Positions 12,401-27,492 of a DNA stretch of 64,000 nt are shown here, in pieces. The stretch spans positions 16,368,001 through 16,432,000 of the forward strand of contig NC_045729.1 of NCBI RefSeq assembly GCF_009834535.1, in the 5' to 3' direction. A program made the translations under genes and the position numbers. The stretch comes from Camelus ferus. Lineage: Eukaryota. The notes under the pieces were generated by a model that was given only the letters and a program-made list of their open reading frames with translations, made no database searches and was not told the origin of the DNA. Within the stretch, counting starts at the first letter, position 1. Every line of letters starts with the position of its first letter.

Positions 12401-15400
12401 CATACTGCCATACCACTTCACCCCCACTGGGATGGCTTTAATCCAAAAGAAAAAAAAAGGAACACATGTTGGTGTAGATGTGGAGAAATTGGAGCCTTCA
12501 TGCATTGCTGGTAGGAATGTCAAATGATGCAGCCGCCGTGGGAAAACAACTTGGCAGTTTCTCAGAGTTAAACAGTGACAGTGTGACCCAGCAATTCCAC
12601 TCTAAATTGTAGACTCAGAAGAATGGAACGCTTACGTTCACACAAAAGCTTGTACGCAGATGTTGATAGCATTATTATAATAGCCAAAAAGTGGACACAA
12701 CCCGGTTGTCTGCCAACTGATAAATGGACAAACAAAAGGTTATAATCATACGATGGAATATTCAGCCATCAAAAGGAATGACGTACTGATGCTTCCTACA
12801 ACATGGATGAGCTTTGAAAACATGGTGCTAAGTAAAAGAAGCCCAACACAAACAGCCCCACATGGTATGATTCCATTTGTATGAATTGCCCGGAATAAGC
12901 AGATCCATAAAGACAGAAAGTAGGTGGGTGTTTGCCAGGGAATGAGAGGAGGGTGGAATTGGGAGTGACTGCTGAGAGGTGTGGGGTTTCTTGTTAGGGT
13001 AATGGAAGTATTCCGGCATTAGACAGTGAGGACAGTTGTACGACATAGTGAATATACTAAAAAACCACTGAATGGCACACTTAAAGAGTAAAGAGTGACT
13101 GTGTGTGATCGCAAAGGTAGAGAAAGAAAACCCAACAAATAATTACACCCATTCCGATTCATTAGGACAATTAGGCGGTGTGAAGCTGTCGTCTTTCCTC
13201 CTGTTAGCATCTCAGCTGGCCGAGAGAGTTTATTGTTTCCCTGGCTGAAATACTTGCTGAGAAAAAGAAGCCTCACCTACCCTTTCTTGTATTTACAAAG
13301 CCTAGATCTGGCAACTCTAACACAGGAGAGAAATTACCGTAGGCGTTTGTGAGGGTTGGAGAAAGAGCAGCTAATTAGCCACTTGGCGGCGTGACTGGGC
13401 ACCCTTACGCCAGATTAAGTCACAACAGGGGTGAAGAACCATCTTTCTATCAAAAACCAGGGCCATAAATTAAAAGGCAGGGAAAAAAGCCTAGGTTACT
13501 AGTTAGACGTCTTTGAGAGAGAACCGTAAAGTGTGAAATCCAAAAGGAAGAGGGCTTCCACGACACGCGTCAGCAGCCTCACTCCACACCCTCAACTAGG
13601 GGTGACAGTGTATCCCGGAGTCCAGACCGACCAACAGGCTTACTGCTCCTTCTCTTCAAAATTTGCTTCCCAGCACTGACATCCCTCCCAGCAGCAATCC
13701 TGTCCTTAGACTCACCCCTCCCAGGCCTGAGGCAGCCGCTGAGAGCCAGGAGCCCGCTGCTGCCAAACGCCTTCACCCCAAACCCCCACCAGAACTTCTT
13801 TTGGGAATATGCCTGTTATTTGGAAGATCTTGGATGAAGAATTCTGGGCATAGCAGAATTTTCTGGCCTATGCCAATTTTCTTTTGGTGGTTGATTTGTT
13901 TTTTTAATAGTCCAGGATTTGTGCAACCTGAAGCTTCTGTAATCTTGGTGACCTTCTTTAAGAAAAAGAATTCAGAAATATCTTACCAGTTTGCAGAAAT
14001 ACACAAACACATGAACACATTGCTAGCTCTCACCTCCACCCCACCCCACTCCCTGAGGCCTCAAACTGAAGCCTGATTAGCTTCCTGGCAAAGCGGCTGC
14101 TTCCTGGGAGTGCAACTCGGTACAACTCAGACCTTTGTTTTTGAAACTTGCTATGAGCTCAATTTAGTTAAATCGGATTGAGGTGGGCAGAGGTCAAAAT
14201 TTCCCACCCCTAGGTTAGAGGCTTGAGCCTGAGATTTTATATCTGAAAGCCAATTCAAAGAATATTCAAATTTTAAGAAGTTAGGTATAGATATGCTTAT
14301 ATAAAACATTTGCCCATATGTAAATATTTTTAAGTGGCCTCAAGGGAGTACATGTATGATGCTTTTAAAGATATTTTCTCTTTTAATCTGCACGATGGCT
14401 AGTATTTTCCCTGTCGACTGAAAGAAAAATGCTCAACCTAAAAGCTGCGAGCTAGGTTTTATTTGAAGACCTTACTGAACTATAGCCTGGGAGACAGCCT
14501 CTCCGATAGCGCTGAGGAACTGCTCCGAAGAGGTTAAGGGAGGAGCCAGGATACATACAAATTTTCTGCCGGGGAAAAAACATGCCGTCTAACGTCAAAA
14601 GATAATCACGCAGAGCAGACATCTCAAGTTAATGATCTGAGTGCTTTACTAAGGATGGGAAGACGTAGGAATCTGGGCTCATTGCAGCTGTTCCTCAGAC
14701 ACACATCTTAACCATCTACAGCCAGTGTCAGAAGCACAGAATCCTCGCAGTTTCTCTGCATCCTCAGTTCCCCTCTGGGTGCGCTGTTGGTGGGCGGCTG
14801 AAGTAGCTGATGGCTCAATCCTTGTGGAACTGGAATGGGGGGGGGGGCAACATTCTTTTCTTTACATCTCTATTTTGAAGATGGAGAAGGTGACCAGAGA
14901 ATCTAAGTGATTGTTCAAGCGGCAGAGCTGAATTTCTGAATTAGGTTAGTCTTGATAAGTGAGTCCAGGGACATTCTAGCTAGAATCAGATCTTTTGGCT
15001 ACAAGATGCCACCATGCAGTTTACTAACTTACAGAGAATTTCAATGTGATAAAATGCACTGAATGTAGGCAACAGGGGTGCCATTTATCTTTGCTAATAA
15101 AGGCGTTTTGGTGTCTTAAAGTGCCTCAAAGTCAGTCAGCACATCTGTTGTCCCTGTTCCACTGAAAGGAAGACATGCTAACCAACAGCCTCTTTCAGCT
15201 TTAACGTTCTTTCAGCCTATACAGTTTTGTAGCATACTTTTTGGTGAAAAAAATTAAAGTAACAAAATAACTATGTGATCATTTGAACAACCTGTAGTAG
15301 TAGGGAAAAATACTGTCATCCAGATGTTCACACACAAGGACGATGTTCCTAACGTCCCTTTTGCCATCTGATCAGGCTTGAACTACTCAGTGCTGGCCAT

Positions 15401-18400
15401 TGACAGATGACTGACTCATTCCTGGGTTCAAAAGCCAGTGAGCACCTGTGTCTCCTTCCTGTCGTGTGACAAAGAGGGGACTGGTGGCTTCAGACTCAGC
15501 CTGCTGTTGCTTCATAACTTTTCCACTTTCACAGCAAGTCCCACCAGTTTGCCAGCATATGTGTCATTGGCACTAAGCTTAAGGCCTTTGCTTATTAATC
15601 ACTAAGAGCTCTTGGCTTAAATGGAGCAATTAAAGACTTAGTTTTGGTGGGACTTCAGGGCAGTTCAGCCTTAGGTTGTTTGGTTGGGTTAAATGACTAG
15701 AAAACTAGTATTTTTTTAACCTTTCTTTCTCATAAGTATTAGCCATTTACTAGTTTACCCTTAAAATGTCCCCTCTGTTCTTCATTTATTCCCAGGACAT
15801 TTTGATCACTTGTCCCAGTCTCCCTGAATCCTGTGCTAATCCTGTTGTCAAAATACTTGAGATACTCAGCTGGAGGCAACTTTCAGAAATGGACTGCCAT
15901 ACTCTTACTGCACAGTATGAGGGTAGGGGCGGGGCGTCCCCAAGAATTGATTAAGAAAGAAAGTGCAGGAGAGCACCTAAACTTAACGTTAAAATGAAGT
16001 TTTTAATGTTTTTAGACAGGAAGAGAAGCAGACACAAACGTAGGTATGCGTGTGTCCATGAGCAGGTGCTTGAGTGTAGACTGTAACTGAGAAATCAGAG
16101 GGTAATACAGCTGCGGCTTTGAAAGCACACAGCTAGTTATCAGCGGTTCCCTCGTGGGTCGCTGCCAGGTGCCAAGGCACGTGGCAAGAATATCAGTGCG
16201 GAAATCAAGTGATGTGGATTCTCATTTGAGCTGTGCTCTGTGAAGCTGAGGCGGGCCAGTTACCCCCTGTGGGCTTTAGTTTCTTATCTGTCTAATGAAG
16301 GGTTTGGAGGCAGTGTTTCTAGGAGCTCTTCAGTTCGAAGAATGTATATCCTGTGAGTAACCGTTCCGCACATGACTTAGACTGAGCACACAGGGTTGCC
16401 TGGGTGTGGAGGGTGGGCTGGCACCTTGCCCAGACTGTTGACAAGGGTTAATCTAGTGAACAGAAATGGAGGACTGGTTCTAAACAAACTCCAAAGGTGA
16501 GCTTCATCCCCATGTGTGTGCCCATAATCTCCCAGCGCCCTTCCAGCTGGCAGGGTGGTCAGAACTAAGTGCAGAGCACTGAGTGCATCATCAGTTACCC
16601 GCCACTTTAAAGAAACAGCACCCAGGAGGGCTCCACTCTCCTTCCTGTTTCTGTTCGTCTTCTTTTTCCCCATGTAGTTCCTTAGCACAAGGCATTTCCA
16701 CTTTGGTGAGACAGTAGGAAAAAAGTTGCATGCCTGAGCTTCCCAGTAGAAATAATAATGATAAAATTGTGACGTGAAAATATTTGACAAAAAAAAATAA
16801 GCTACAAATAAGCCACGTTCAAAAACAGTCCTGTTTTACATTTTGGTCTGTGGTTCTTGGGGAAATTGAACTGAAATTTGACCCTGAGTGTGGCCTTCCT
16901 GTTGCCCAAAGCAAAATATCCATTATCCATGGTAATGTTTCATAGTCTAAAAAAATTTCAACCTCCAGATGATCGAAGGATGAAACTGAGGTTTTTCCAA
17001 CCATCTCTTTTCACTAAAAATTCCAGAGTCGCCATAATCTTGTCAGTAAACCATCCCAAAGAACAGTGACAGACATAGCTCTTTTTTTTTTCCTCTGCCG
17101 CCATCACTTTATCTCCAGCTGTAAGCATGAACTTTGAGTTTGAGGTGCATTTCAGTCACTTTACTCTAAGAAGCCCATTGGCCGTCTGCACCAGATCTCG
17201 CAAGAGGTGACGGTGAGTTCAGGGAGGTGGCCTGGGCTATGGGTTTGTTACCACGATGCCGAAGGCCAAGGAGAAAGTGGGTAGACAGGGAATAGAGGTG
17301 ATGAGTTAGGCCACAATTCTAGGAGATTGATGGCAAAAGGGGTAAGCAGACCTGAGCGGCAGAACAGGGAACAGGGGGCAGGGTCCAGCAGGATGGGACT
17401 GAGTCTGCGCACGCTGGAAAGCGGAGCAAGGAATGGGCTGAGTGACTCTGTCGTGGGTTGGAATCCAGCTTCAGCAATTACTAGCAGTCAGCACAGGTTA
17501 GATAACTGCTTTGATTTGTTTGATATCATTGCATCCATGAAATGAAGACAATAAATTATTTACCTCACCTTGTTGCTCTGAGGACTCAGTGGGTAAATTT
17601 AGCGTAACTCAGGGCATGACCTGGTGAGTGTGTGATAAAGGAAAGGGTGGTTGCTGGTACTGATGGTGATAACGTGTGTTATTACTGAGAAGGAGAGAAT
17701 AAGGAAGTGGCAAGAAAGATCATAGAGGAAGTTCCCAAATAAGCCTGCTATGGCTAGAATTCAGGGGATTGGGACCAAAGGGAAGGCGGGGATGGACGTC
17801 TAGGGAGAAGGGAGGGACATCTTCCTCTGAGTCTGGAGAGAAGGATGGAGGCATGGACTTCAGGCAGAGCTTCCTAAAGTTTCTGTGGACCACTCCCTGA
17901 AGGCCGTGACAATGAACAAATGTCTGCTCTCCAGGGCTTGGGACCCCCGCCTAAAGCAGCTCCAGGAGACAGCAACGCCGTTGAAGTCTCGGGTTGTATC
18001 TTTCAAATACAGGGCAACTTTGCATTCGATTTGGTAGAATCTCTTGTCTGAACGCAGTTAAGTGACTTACTGGTGAAAGGACTTGAGAATTTTTCCTGCA
18101 GAACGGCTAAGAAGGGGGTGCGTCTTGCTGGCCTCCGGCCCCTGGGTCGCTCACGCTTAGGGAGACACGTGAGTTGGCAGCGATGTTTCATATCAGAGCT
18201 CGGAGCTGCCCGCCCTGCTCCTGCATAAGCCCAACTTCTAAAGGAAGAGGCCTGTCGCATAGCTGAGGGACTGCCGCTTGTTTCCCATCACCTTTCCAAA
18301 GAGAATCCCCGCTGGGTGGTTGGTCCCCCCGCTCCACCCCCGGTCTCATTCTGCTCCTCCCACGTGATGGTCCTTCCCGAGCGAAGCCCCGCGTCACCCT

Positions 18401-21400
18401 TCCCACCGAGGAGACCGAGGTGCTTTCCCTGAGCTTGCTCATCTGCCGTCCATGTCCCTCTGTCAGCCTCCCTGCCTTGTCCTCCAGGCTCCGGGAAGAG
18501 CCAGGGCCCCCCTTCTCAGCTCATCCCCCTTCCAGGGGCACAGATGCGGTCCCTTCCCGCTGTCTGCCTTCTTCCATAAACGCCTAGGGAGAGGACGTTT
18601 CCATCTTAAAAATACTTCCCTTCACTCCGTGGCCACGCTCTCTGGCCGAAGTCTTTTACCGGCAAATGTCTTGAACTTGGGGCCTCCGTGTGCAGCCTTC
18701 ATTTCCTCTTTATCCGCCCACTCCCTTCTCAGCTCACCATGGCCCTGGTCCTGCACTGCTTCAGAGCTTCTGACTGTTTCATGGTGCACGTCTTCCTCGC
18801 CTCCTTAGGCTCCGTAACCGCTGATGCTGTTAAACTCCTCCTCCTCCAGTGGTCATCTTCCTTTCTCACCTGCGTACTCTCCTGATCCACCTCCTTGTTT
18901 TTGTTTTATCTCCAGTTCTTTTGCCTGCACTCCATTAAGTGCAGGCATTTTCCCAGACGGCCCTGGACCTTCCTTTGTGGTCTCTCCCTATGAACACTTA
19001 CCCTTTTTTCCTGGCTCCAGCTGTCACCAGCAGAGCCAGCTCTCTGCTCCAATCTGTGTGCCTCTGTCAGCGCCACCACCTTCTGACATGGAACCTTGAG
19101 GTCACTGGTCGTCACATAGGGGCACGTGTACCCCAGAGGAACCCAGAGACTTTCCAGGGGGTACACAGGCGGGGGTGAGGGAATCCATTTCCAGATTTTC
19201 AGCTTCCATATGCATCCTTTTCTAAAACTGATACACTTCTGACTGTCTGCTCTGAGGGTTCTCCCACCGTCACCCTGCACCAGCCTTAAAGGACAACGGC
19301 CTGGTGGGTGGTAAACATTTCACAGGAGCCACTAACGTAAAGCAAAGAGGAGCCCCTTATGTTATCCAGGGGATAGACTCGTGGCAAACCTCTGCCTTAC
19401 GTCCATCTTAGAGAAGAATTCAGGAGCGAGATGGTTGTCAAGAGAGGGAGGTACTAGCACATTTATTTGAATTAAAAAATAAAGTTAGAACTCTTCTGAC
19501 GGAGCGTAAGTCTAGCCGAGCTGATTGGTTCGCCATTTGGATTACGTGGCAGACATTGTCCACAGGTACTTAAAGTGCATACTCGATATACATTTAAAAA
19601 ACAGGCATCATTTGCTGTTGTTTAAACGTACGAATGTTAAATAGCAACTCCCAGACATGAGAGGGGGTGTATAGTTTTCAGAATTCCTTCAGGGGCTATT
19701 CCAGCAAAAAGTTTGAAGACCACTGCAGCAACTTAACCATCTTTAATTTGTCCTTTTCCGTCATCCCCCACAGCCAATCAATCCTATTGATGTGTTTTCC
19801 TAGTATATCCATTTCAGGCTCTGCCTGGTTGTCCAAACCTTCCCATCCCTTTTGTTACGCTGTTCCTCCCCTCTTGCAGCAGCCGGGTCTCCTGAAGTGA
19901 CTGTCCGTGCTGTCTCCTACCTCTGTGTCTTTGGTACGGAACGCCCCTCCCTTGGAATGCCCTTTTCTCATTTCTTCTCTGTCTGTCCCGACTGCTCTGT
20001 TCATCGCTGATCTCTCTCTTCTCTCTGCAGCATGGGCGAGTCCGTGCAGTTAGCATTTATAAAGCGGCATTGCTTGGTATTCTTTTCCGTCCGTCTAAAA
20101 AGCTCCTCCGGAGTTGAAACGCCTTTCTCACGGCTCAACCATATACCCCTTTTTGCCTAATGCATTGCTGACCACATAATGGATGCTCAATAAATATTTT
20201 ATTGACTGCCTGGAATATAGAGTATGTGTTCATTCAGTCTTTTATTTTTTTTTCTTCCATTCAACAAACATTTTTGAGACCTTTTTTGTACCAGGAACTG
20301 TATGAGGCACTGTGGTACAGCAGGAGGAAAAACAGACAACAATCCTTGCCTTCAAAGACTGATAAATAAGTAGACTCTATAGTATGTGAAAGAGTCATAA
20401 GTACTGAAAAGAAAATAGAAAAATGAAGCAGGCGAGGAGGAGAGAACGTGCGTGTTGGCAGCAGATAGGGCGGGGTAGGTGTGTGCAGGTTTAGATAGGA
20501 TGGTCAGAAAAGGTGACATTTTAGTAAAACCTTGAAGTGCTGCAGGGACTTGAGCTTATCTGTGAAAAGGCATTTCAGGCAAGGAAGCTATTAATGTGAA
20601 GGCTCTAAGATTGCACCTGCTGGACATTCCAGGAAGAGAGTCCGAGAGTAAGAGAGGGGTCAGAGAGAGGTTGGGGGGGCAGGGAACGGATGGGTTCTGG
20701 TCGGTTCTGGTTGGACTTTGGCTTTTGCTGAGAGAGACTGAAGGCCTAGGGGGCAGATGGCCAGGAGGCAACTGTAACCACGCAGGCCAGAGATGGTGCT
20801 GACCGGGACCCTGGGAGAAGTTCTCCACACACACATTCACACAAAGCCAGCGGGAGCTGGTTGAGTGGGTCTTACCTGAGAAATTCTGGTTAAAGTGGGT
20901 ATCAGGGCTTCTGAATCTGATCTTCATTCCATGTGACGATCAGATGACTAAGGGATTTCCTTCCCATCTTCATTTTGAAAGAAGAGTCATAGCATATTTA
21001 TTTTATGAGGATACTGTTTACAGCTTGCCAAGAGCACTGTCTCTAAAATGCAACGTACCATTTAGTTAAGGCACCAGATAGCTGGAGGAAGAGGGAGTCT
21101 GGAGTTAAGGCAGAGCTCAGTTTGAATCTCTGTGACACTGCTGTCACCTCAGGCTGGTTGATGAGTTAACCTTTTTGGTCCTCAGTTTCATCAGTAAAAT
21201 GAGCATCTCGGTGAGGGTTCATATAGTAAGCCTGGTACATATTAGATGCTCAGTAAATGCGAGCTGCTTCAGCTCTGCTTTAACAGAGAGGCGCCCAGCG
21301 ATCTCATCCAGTCACACGGCTTTAAACACCATCTGTTTGCTGGTGTCTCCCAAACTTTCATCTCTCGCCCAGGCCTCTCCCCTCAACTTCACACTCGTGT

Positions 21401-24400
21401 ACCACGTGGAGTCAGTGTAAGTCCCAGACTGAACTGTGGGCACGCCTCCCTCCCTAAGCCTACCCGCCCCCTTCAGCTTCCCCATTTCAGCAAACAGCAA
21501 CTCACCCTTCTGCTCACTCAGGACAGAAGCCCTGCAACCTTCCCATCAACCCTGACCCCCTCCCGAGCCCCTCCCCTGCCCCTCACCCCAGTCAGTCAGC
21601 AAACCCTATCCTGCCTTTCAGTTGGTAGAGGGGTGGTTGGAGCAGGTACTCCACACAAGGGGACTGGCACAAGCCAAAGTCTAGAGATGAAAGACAGAAG
21701 ACCTGTTTGAGCAAAAACTAGCACATCAGTTAGCTGAAGCAGGGAAACGGAGGCGCTACCTGAAAATGCAGTTGAGAAGACAGACCCTGAATCTTAGGCT
21801 TGGGAATTGGTGCTCTATTGAGTAGTCCGTTGGAGTCATCAATGGCTGCAGAGCAGAAGCTGAAGGAAGAGCAGTCTGGTGGAGGACTGCTCAGAGTGAG
21901 GCTGCAGGCATAGGTGAGGTCGGAGGTCATGGCAAGTGTTTAAGGGTGAGTGCTTGCAGGCCTTCACTGCCAGCGTAGCACAGGAAATGAAGGGGCGGTG
22001 TGATGGTGTGAAGGAGGCCTCAACGGGATTTGGTGATTAGATACAGGGAACCAAGGAGAGGGAGGAGGCGAAGACAGCTTCCAGCCCTTGACTGCAGTTG
22101 TGTGACCCGGAGAACGGTAACACCATTAATAACAGAAGCAGCCAAGAGAAGGCCGATTTGGGGGGAAAGTCATGTTTTAGGTACACAGAGTTTGAGACAG
22201 TATAAGATGTCAAACTAAAAATGCCCAGCCAGGAAGCAGGAAATGTGGAACTGAAACTCGAGAAGTTGGGGCTAAAGATGTGGATTTGTCTTTGGCATAA
22301 AGATATTAAGTGACAGGAGAGTAGGTGGAGTTTCCAAAGAGGCAGTGTAGCAAGACTGCCTGGAGGTCAGAGACAAAGAGAGGTTGGTGCGATCTATTCA
22401 GATTATAGTCGCCACCCTCTATGAAGTCAAAGCTGAAAGCAAGCACAGAAAATGAGAGTAAACATTTAGGAACTTTGGTAGCAATTGGATAATGCCACAT
22501 CATCCGATCCCAGTGACTTTGAATTTTACAAAAGTATTGGTCCACAACAGATGGGGAATTTTCAAAACTGGTCTACACCACTGACCGAGAAGTGCTGGTC
22601 AGAGGATAAAAGAGCGAAGAGGTCCATTCCTAGGTATTGAAAATGCGTGTCCACACAAACAGTTATACAGGAATGTTCATAGCAGCCTTATTCTTGATAC
22701 CCAAAAAATGGAAACAACCCAAAAGTCCATCAACTGACGACTGGATAAACAAATTATGGTCTATCCAAACAAAGGAATATTATCCAGCCATGAAAAATAA
22801 TGAAGTACTGATACTGCTCCACCATAATGAACCTTGAAAATATTATGCTGAGTGACACAAAAGGCCACATCTAGGATGACTCCATTCATTTGCAATACCC
22901 AGAAGAGGCAAATCTGTAGAGACAGAAAGTGTCTTGGTGGTGACCAGGCCTGGAGAGTGACTGCTAACAAGGATGGGATTTCTTTTGGGGGGAATGAAGA
23001 CGTGCTGGAATTAGAGGATGGGGACGGTTGCACAATCGTGTAAATATACTGAAAACCACTGCATTCTTCACTTTGAATTGATAGTATGTGAATTACATCT
23101 CAATGGGGAAAAAAAAAAAACAGGGAAACTGTATATCTCAAAACCAACAAAAAAGAAGCTTTCCCCCCAAAAAAGAAAAGAAAACACAGTGGGGCAGTTG
23201 AGGAAAGCAGGGAGGAAGAAAAGGCTGTTGGATTGGAGCGTTTTAACCAGGAAGATTGAACCAAAGCATCATTTCGTGCCAGCGGTTCTCACAGTGAAGC
23301 CCGTGAACTCCTAGGGGTCCCTGAGAACCTTGAAGTTATTTTCAGAATAAAACTAAGATGTTATGTGCTTTTGTCACTGTGTTGACATTTGCACGGACGG
23401 TGCAAAATCAGCGGCGAGTAGAGCTGCTGGCCCCTTAGCACAAGCCAGGGCAGGGGCACCAGACTGAGCCAGCACACACACACACAGTCAGAAAAGGGCA
23501 GGTCCACTTCAGAATGTCCTGGATGAGCATCAGTATTACTATTTTATTAACTTTCAATGCTGAGTACACGTATTTTTAACATTCTGTTTGAAGAAATGAC
23601 GCACGTGCCTCAAGCATCCTCTGTGTCCAAAGTGGGGGTGTCTGGGGCAAAGCGCCTGCGCGCTGGCTGGAGCTGCACGTCGAATTGCGGCTCCTTTTTT
23701 CATGGAACAGAATGACTGACAGGCAAACTGTGGTTACTTAGACTCGGGCATTTGGCAGATAGTTTCTTGAAAATGTACAAGGTGAGCCTGTCACTTCAAG
23801 GAAAGCAGTCAGTGCTCAATTTAGAGCTTTCAAGTGAAAAAGAATTTTGGAAAAACCTGTATCCGCTACCTTGAGCTTAACAACTTCCCTGTGTACAAAG
23901 ATTTCCCTGATGGAAATCAATGGTGACATTAAGGACTGTGATTTTTTTTGTTTATATATTCTAATGATGTGTCAATATTTGGAAGATTTGCCTAACTCAG
24001 CGAATCAATATTTTTCATGTGACCAATGCATGATGTTACGAAAACCACACCTGTGGAAGACTCATTCACAGCACACTAGACGAATGAGTTTTAACGTAAC
24101 GGTGTGAAAAGCTCATTGGTACAGTTTGGATCCCACATACACCTAACCTTTAAGAAACTACTTGCTGAGTTTGGTATATTATCAAATAATATCCAGAGTT
24201 ATCTGTGAAGGCTATTAAGATTCTCTTTCCAACTGTATAATCTGTGTGAAGCCAGATTTTCTTCCTATAATTTAGCCAAAATAACATATTACAACAGACT
24301 AAATGCAGAGGCATATTTGAGAATCCAGCCATCTTCTATTTAGCCAAAGGGCCAGAAATGTGTAAAAATGTAAAACAGTGCCATTCTTTTCATTAAGTGG

Positions 24401-27400
24401 TTTTCTTTTTATTTAAATGGTTTGTTTTGGAAAATATAGTTGTTTCCTTTCAAAGTTTGTTATTTACATTAACATGTAATAGGTTTATTTTTATTTTAAC
24501 GAATTCATAATTTTAAAAATCTGATGTTCTTAATTTTATTTTCTTATACAGTAGATACTGATGGACAGTATCCACCTTAACAAAAGGTATTTGAGGTCCT
24601 CAGTTTTTAAGGGTGTAAAATGGTGCTGAGACCAAAAAGTTTGAAAACCGCTGCTGAATGCGAAGGATGTTCCGTCAGCTCTCGGGGCGGTGTAGGTTGT
24701 GGTTTTCTTTCGGTAAGACTGGTGTCAGTACCTGGCTAAGCCAGCACATAGCAGCTCTGCCTAGTTCCATCTTCTCCCTCACACCTGCCAAAACATGCTC
24801 TATTTTTTCATCAGGGTCACAGGGACACTGATCAAACAGGCTTGGATCATATTCCCGCAGAGCCCAGAAATAGCAATTCTGGATGAAAGGCCAAGAAACT
24901 CACCAGACTTTCATGAAAAGAGCCCATGTCTCCTTCTTCAAACGAAACTTGAGAACCTTTAGGGTTAACGAGTAATCTTACAACTACTGCAGCGCAGAGA
25001 AAGTGCCACCAGCAGTCTAGCTTGTGATGGATCCGAGTTTCTGACTCAGGTGGCCCTCAGACCTGAGTAAACGTCCAGCGACAGACTTGTCAGCTTTATG
25101 TCTTGACCACCTGAACCCCTGATGGGACCAAGTCCAGTCTGCTTTAAGGTTGCAGCATTGTGGGTGCCCTCCTGTCTGCTCTTGAAATGCTCCTGTTCTA
25201 ATCGGGGATTCCCGGGTTTAGGGATGCAGGTCAGGTCATCACCCTTCATCTGCCAATAAGTTTCCTAAAGGCCCTCCTTCAAACAATCAAAAAGAAGAAA
25301 TAATTACAGTACGGCAGCCAAAGAAGCTCTTAAAAACCTCCAGACCAGGTTTATACGCAAACCTCTGTCTGGCGCCACTCAAGGAAAGACAGAAGTCCCA
25401 GGCGTCAAGCTCAGGGTTTCAGCCTCAGGACTAGTGAGTACTGCCGCCCTGCACTGGGGTCTTAGTTACACAGTCCTTCTTAGTCCCAGCTGCACATCGG
25501 AATCACTCAGACCTGCTGGCCCGGACTATTGACGGGTGGGCAGGCAGGCGAGCAGGCGGGTAAGGAGCTGCTTTTGTTGCTGTTCTTAGAGATTCTTCAG
25601 GTGACAGTAGCCACTATATATTGGCTCCCACAAAGAAGCACTGAGACTCAGAAACAGCTTGGAGGACGACGCCCTCCCCCAAAACAGCGCATCCCTCAAG
25701 GGGTGACTGGGCAGCCAGGCTCCAAAGCCTGCTGAGCTGAGCGCCAGCCGGCAGCAAGGTCTGGTGTTTACACACTCACAGTCAGCTCTGGGTTGTCACA
25801 GCAACTCGCCCAGCACAGTTCCTTCTTCCCCTTCGCGGCTGCATTCCAGGCTCTGCTGTTCTCTGTTATGATCTTAATGTTCTAAGTAACCTGACCTGCC
25901 GCATTCTTTTTCTTCTGCCAGTTGCTCCATCTCCATATCATGCTTCCTGGTGTGCAATTACACTTCACCTGCATGGGACTCAACCCTTCCCCCAAATACA
26001 CCTGAAAGCAGGAGATAGCCAAAAGGGCCTTGAGTGGCCAGAACGGCTGTTACCAGTCCTGGGCACTCAGTCTACACAGAAGGCACCAAGACTCTTGCTT
26101 TTGTGAGAAATGGACGCAAGAACTCAGAGTGCAGGACAGTGTGGGCCCTACTACGGTTCCACACACCCCAGCAGGTCATCAGGCCATAGTGACTTCGGAA
26201 TATTATGACCCAGATCACCAAGAAGATGTTCACTTATATTCAATTCAAGGAGGCAGAGTAATGTGTGTTGTGTTTTTTAATTTAGAGCATCCCAAATGAT
26301 TAAGGGTTTTAGTGATTCCAATTGGTTAAAGTTTTGTTTTTCGTTTTTGTTGGGTTGTTTGTTTGTTTTTGAAGTATAGGCAGTTTACAATGTTGTGTCA
26401 GTTTCTGGTGTACAGCACAATGCTTCGTGTCTCCCCTAGCTGCTGTGCAAACGTGTATGCCTTCAGCAACCCGTTTGTAGCCTGGAATAATTTATATTTA
26501 TCCTCTTAATAATCTGACAACACCCTGCTAGTGATGAAATTATAATAGATCATAAAGGTGCAAAATGGTGTTTCTGGGCATAGTTGGGCACCCTCAGTGC
26601 CTCATATCATTTAAGAAAAGTGCAAGAGAAAACTCCTAGCAGTATTTAATAAGCCAGAAATGAAACCTAGTCTTAGGGACCTCTTTGTACTGTTTCAATA
26701 TAAAATTAGTATCTTCAGTTTTAGAGACTTGATAATTGGGGATACTGTTATTGTCTTAAAACATCCATATGATGTGTGTTTTTCCTCTCTGGGCTGAGTT
26801 CGTGCCAGGTGAACTTCCAAAACAAACCTGGGAAGGCAGCAGGCTCGAGTAACCCCCTTCTGACCTCTCTCCCCTCCAGGCTACCCCTTGGCTTTGTTTT
26901 ATCGGCGTTACCTTTTCTACAAGGACAGCTACCTCATCCACCTCTTCCACACCTTTACAGGCCTCTCAATTGCTTATTACAACTTCGGTGAGTGAACTGA
27001 GTTAGCGGTGGTGCTGCGACTACAGGGAACCTGAGAAGGAACAGACCCGAACAAACTTTCCTGTGGAGAATTTGGTGGAGAGGGAAGCTGTCCTGCTCTG
27101 CCTGCAGAGAGAGGGTTTGCATGGGCAGGAGCGCAGCTTAACTTCTCCCTTCATGTCCATCCCTCTCCCAGATAAAAACCTTTGGAGAATGGTTACCCCT
27201 GCCAGACCCCAGCAACAGAGAAGCTTCCCCTCTGCTGTGGCTGTAATTGGCCGGCAGACCCAAGCAGTCCCCTCAGGGGCAGCCCTTAGCTCCAACATTC
27301 AGAAATACAGGAACTCCCTGGCAGTCCCTTATTTTGATACAGTTAATTTCCTTCGCTTTCTCCAAAACATGAGGCTATTTAAGGGAAAAAAAATCCCAAT

Positions 27401-27461
27401 ACCAAAGTTCTTCTTTATATATTCTCTTTGTATTTAGAAATCTCAGGAAGGGTGGGAATGC

Positions 27462-27492
<31 letters not shown>

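Noticed and set aside
19360-19555. Possible short LTR-like element with TG...CA ends
   Set aside because: No matching TSD and I cannot assign a family.
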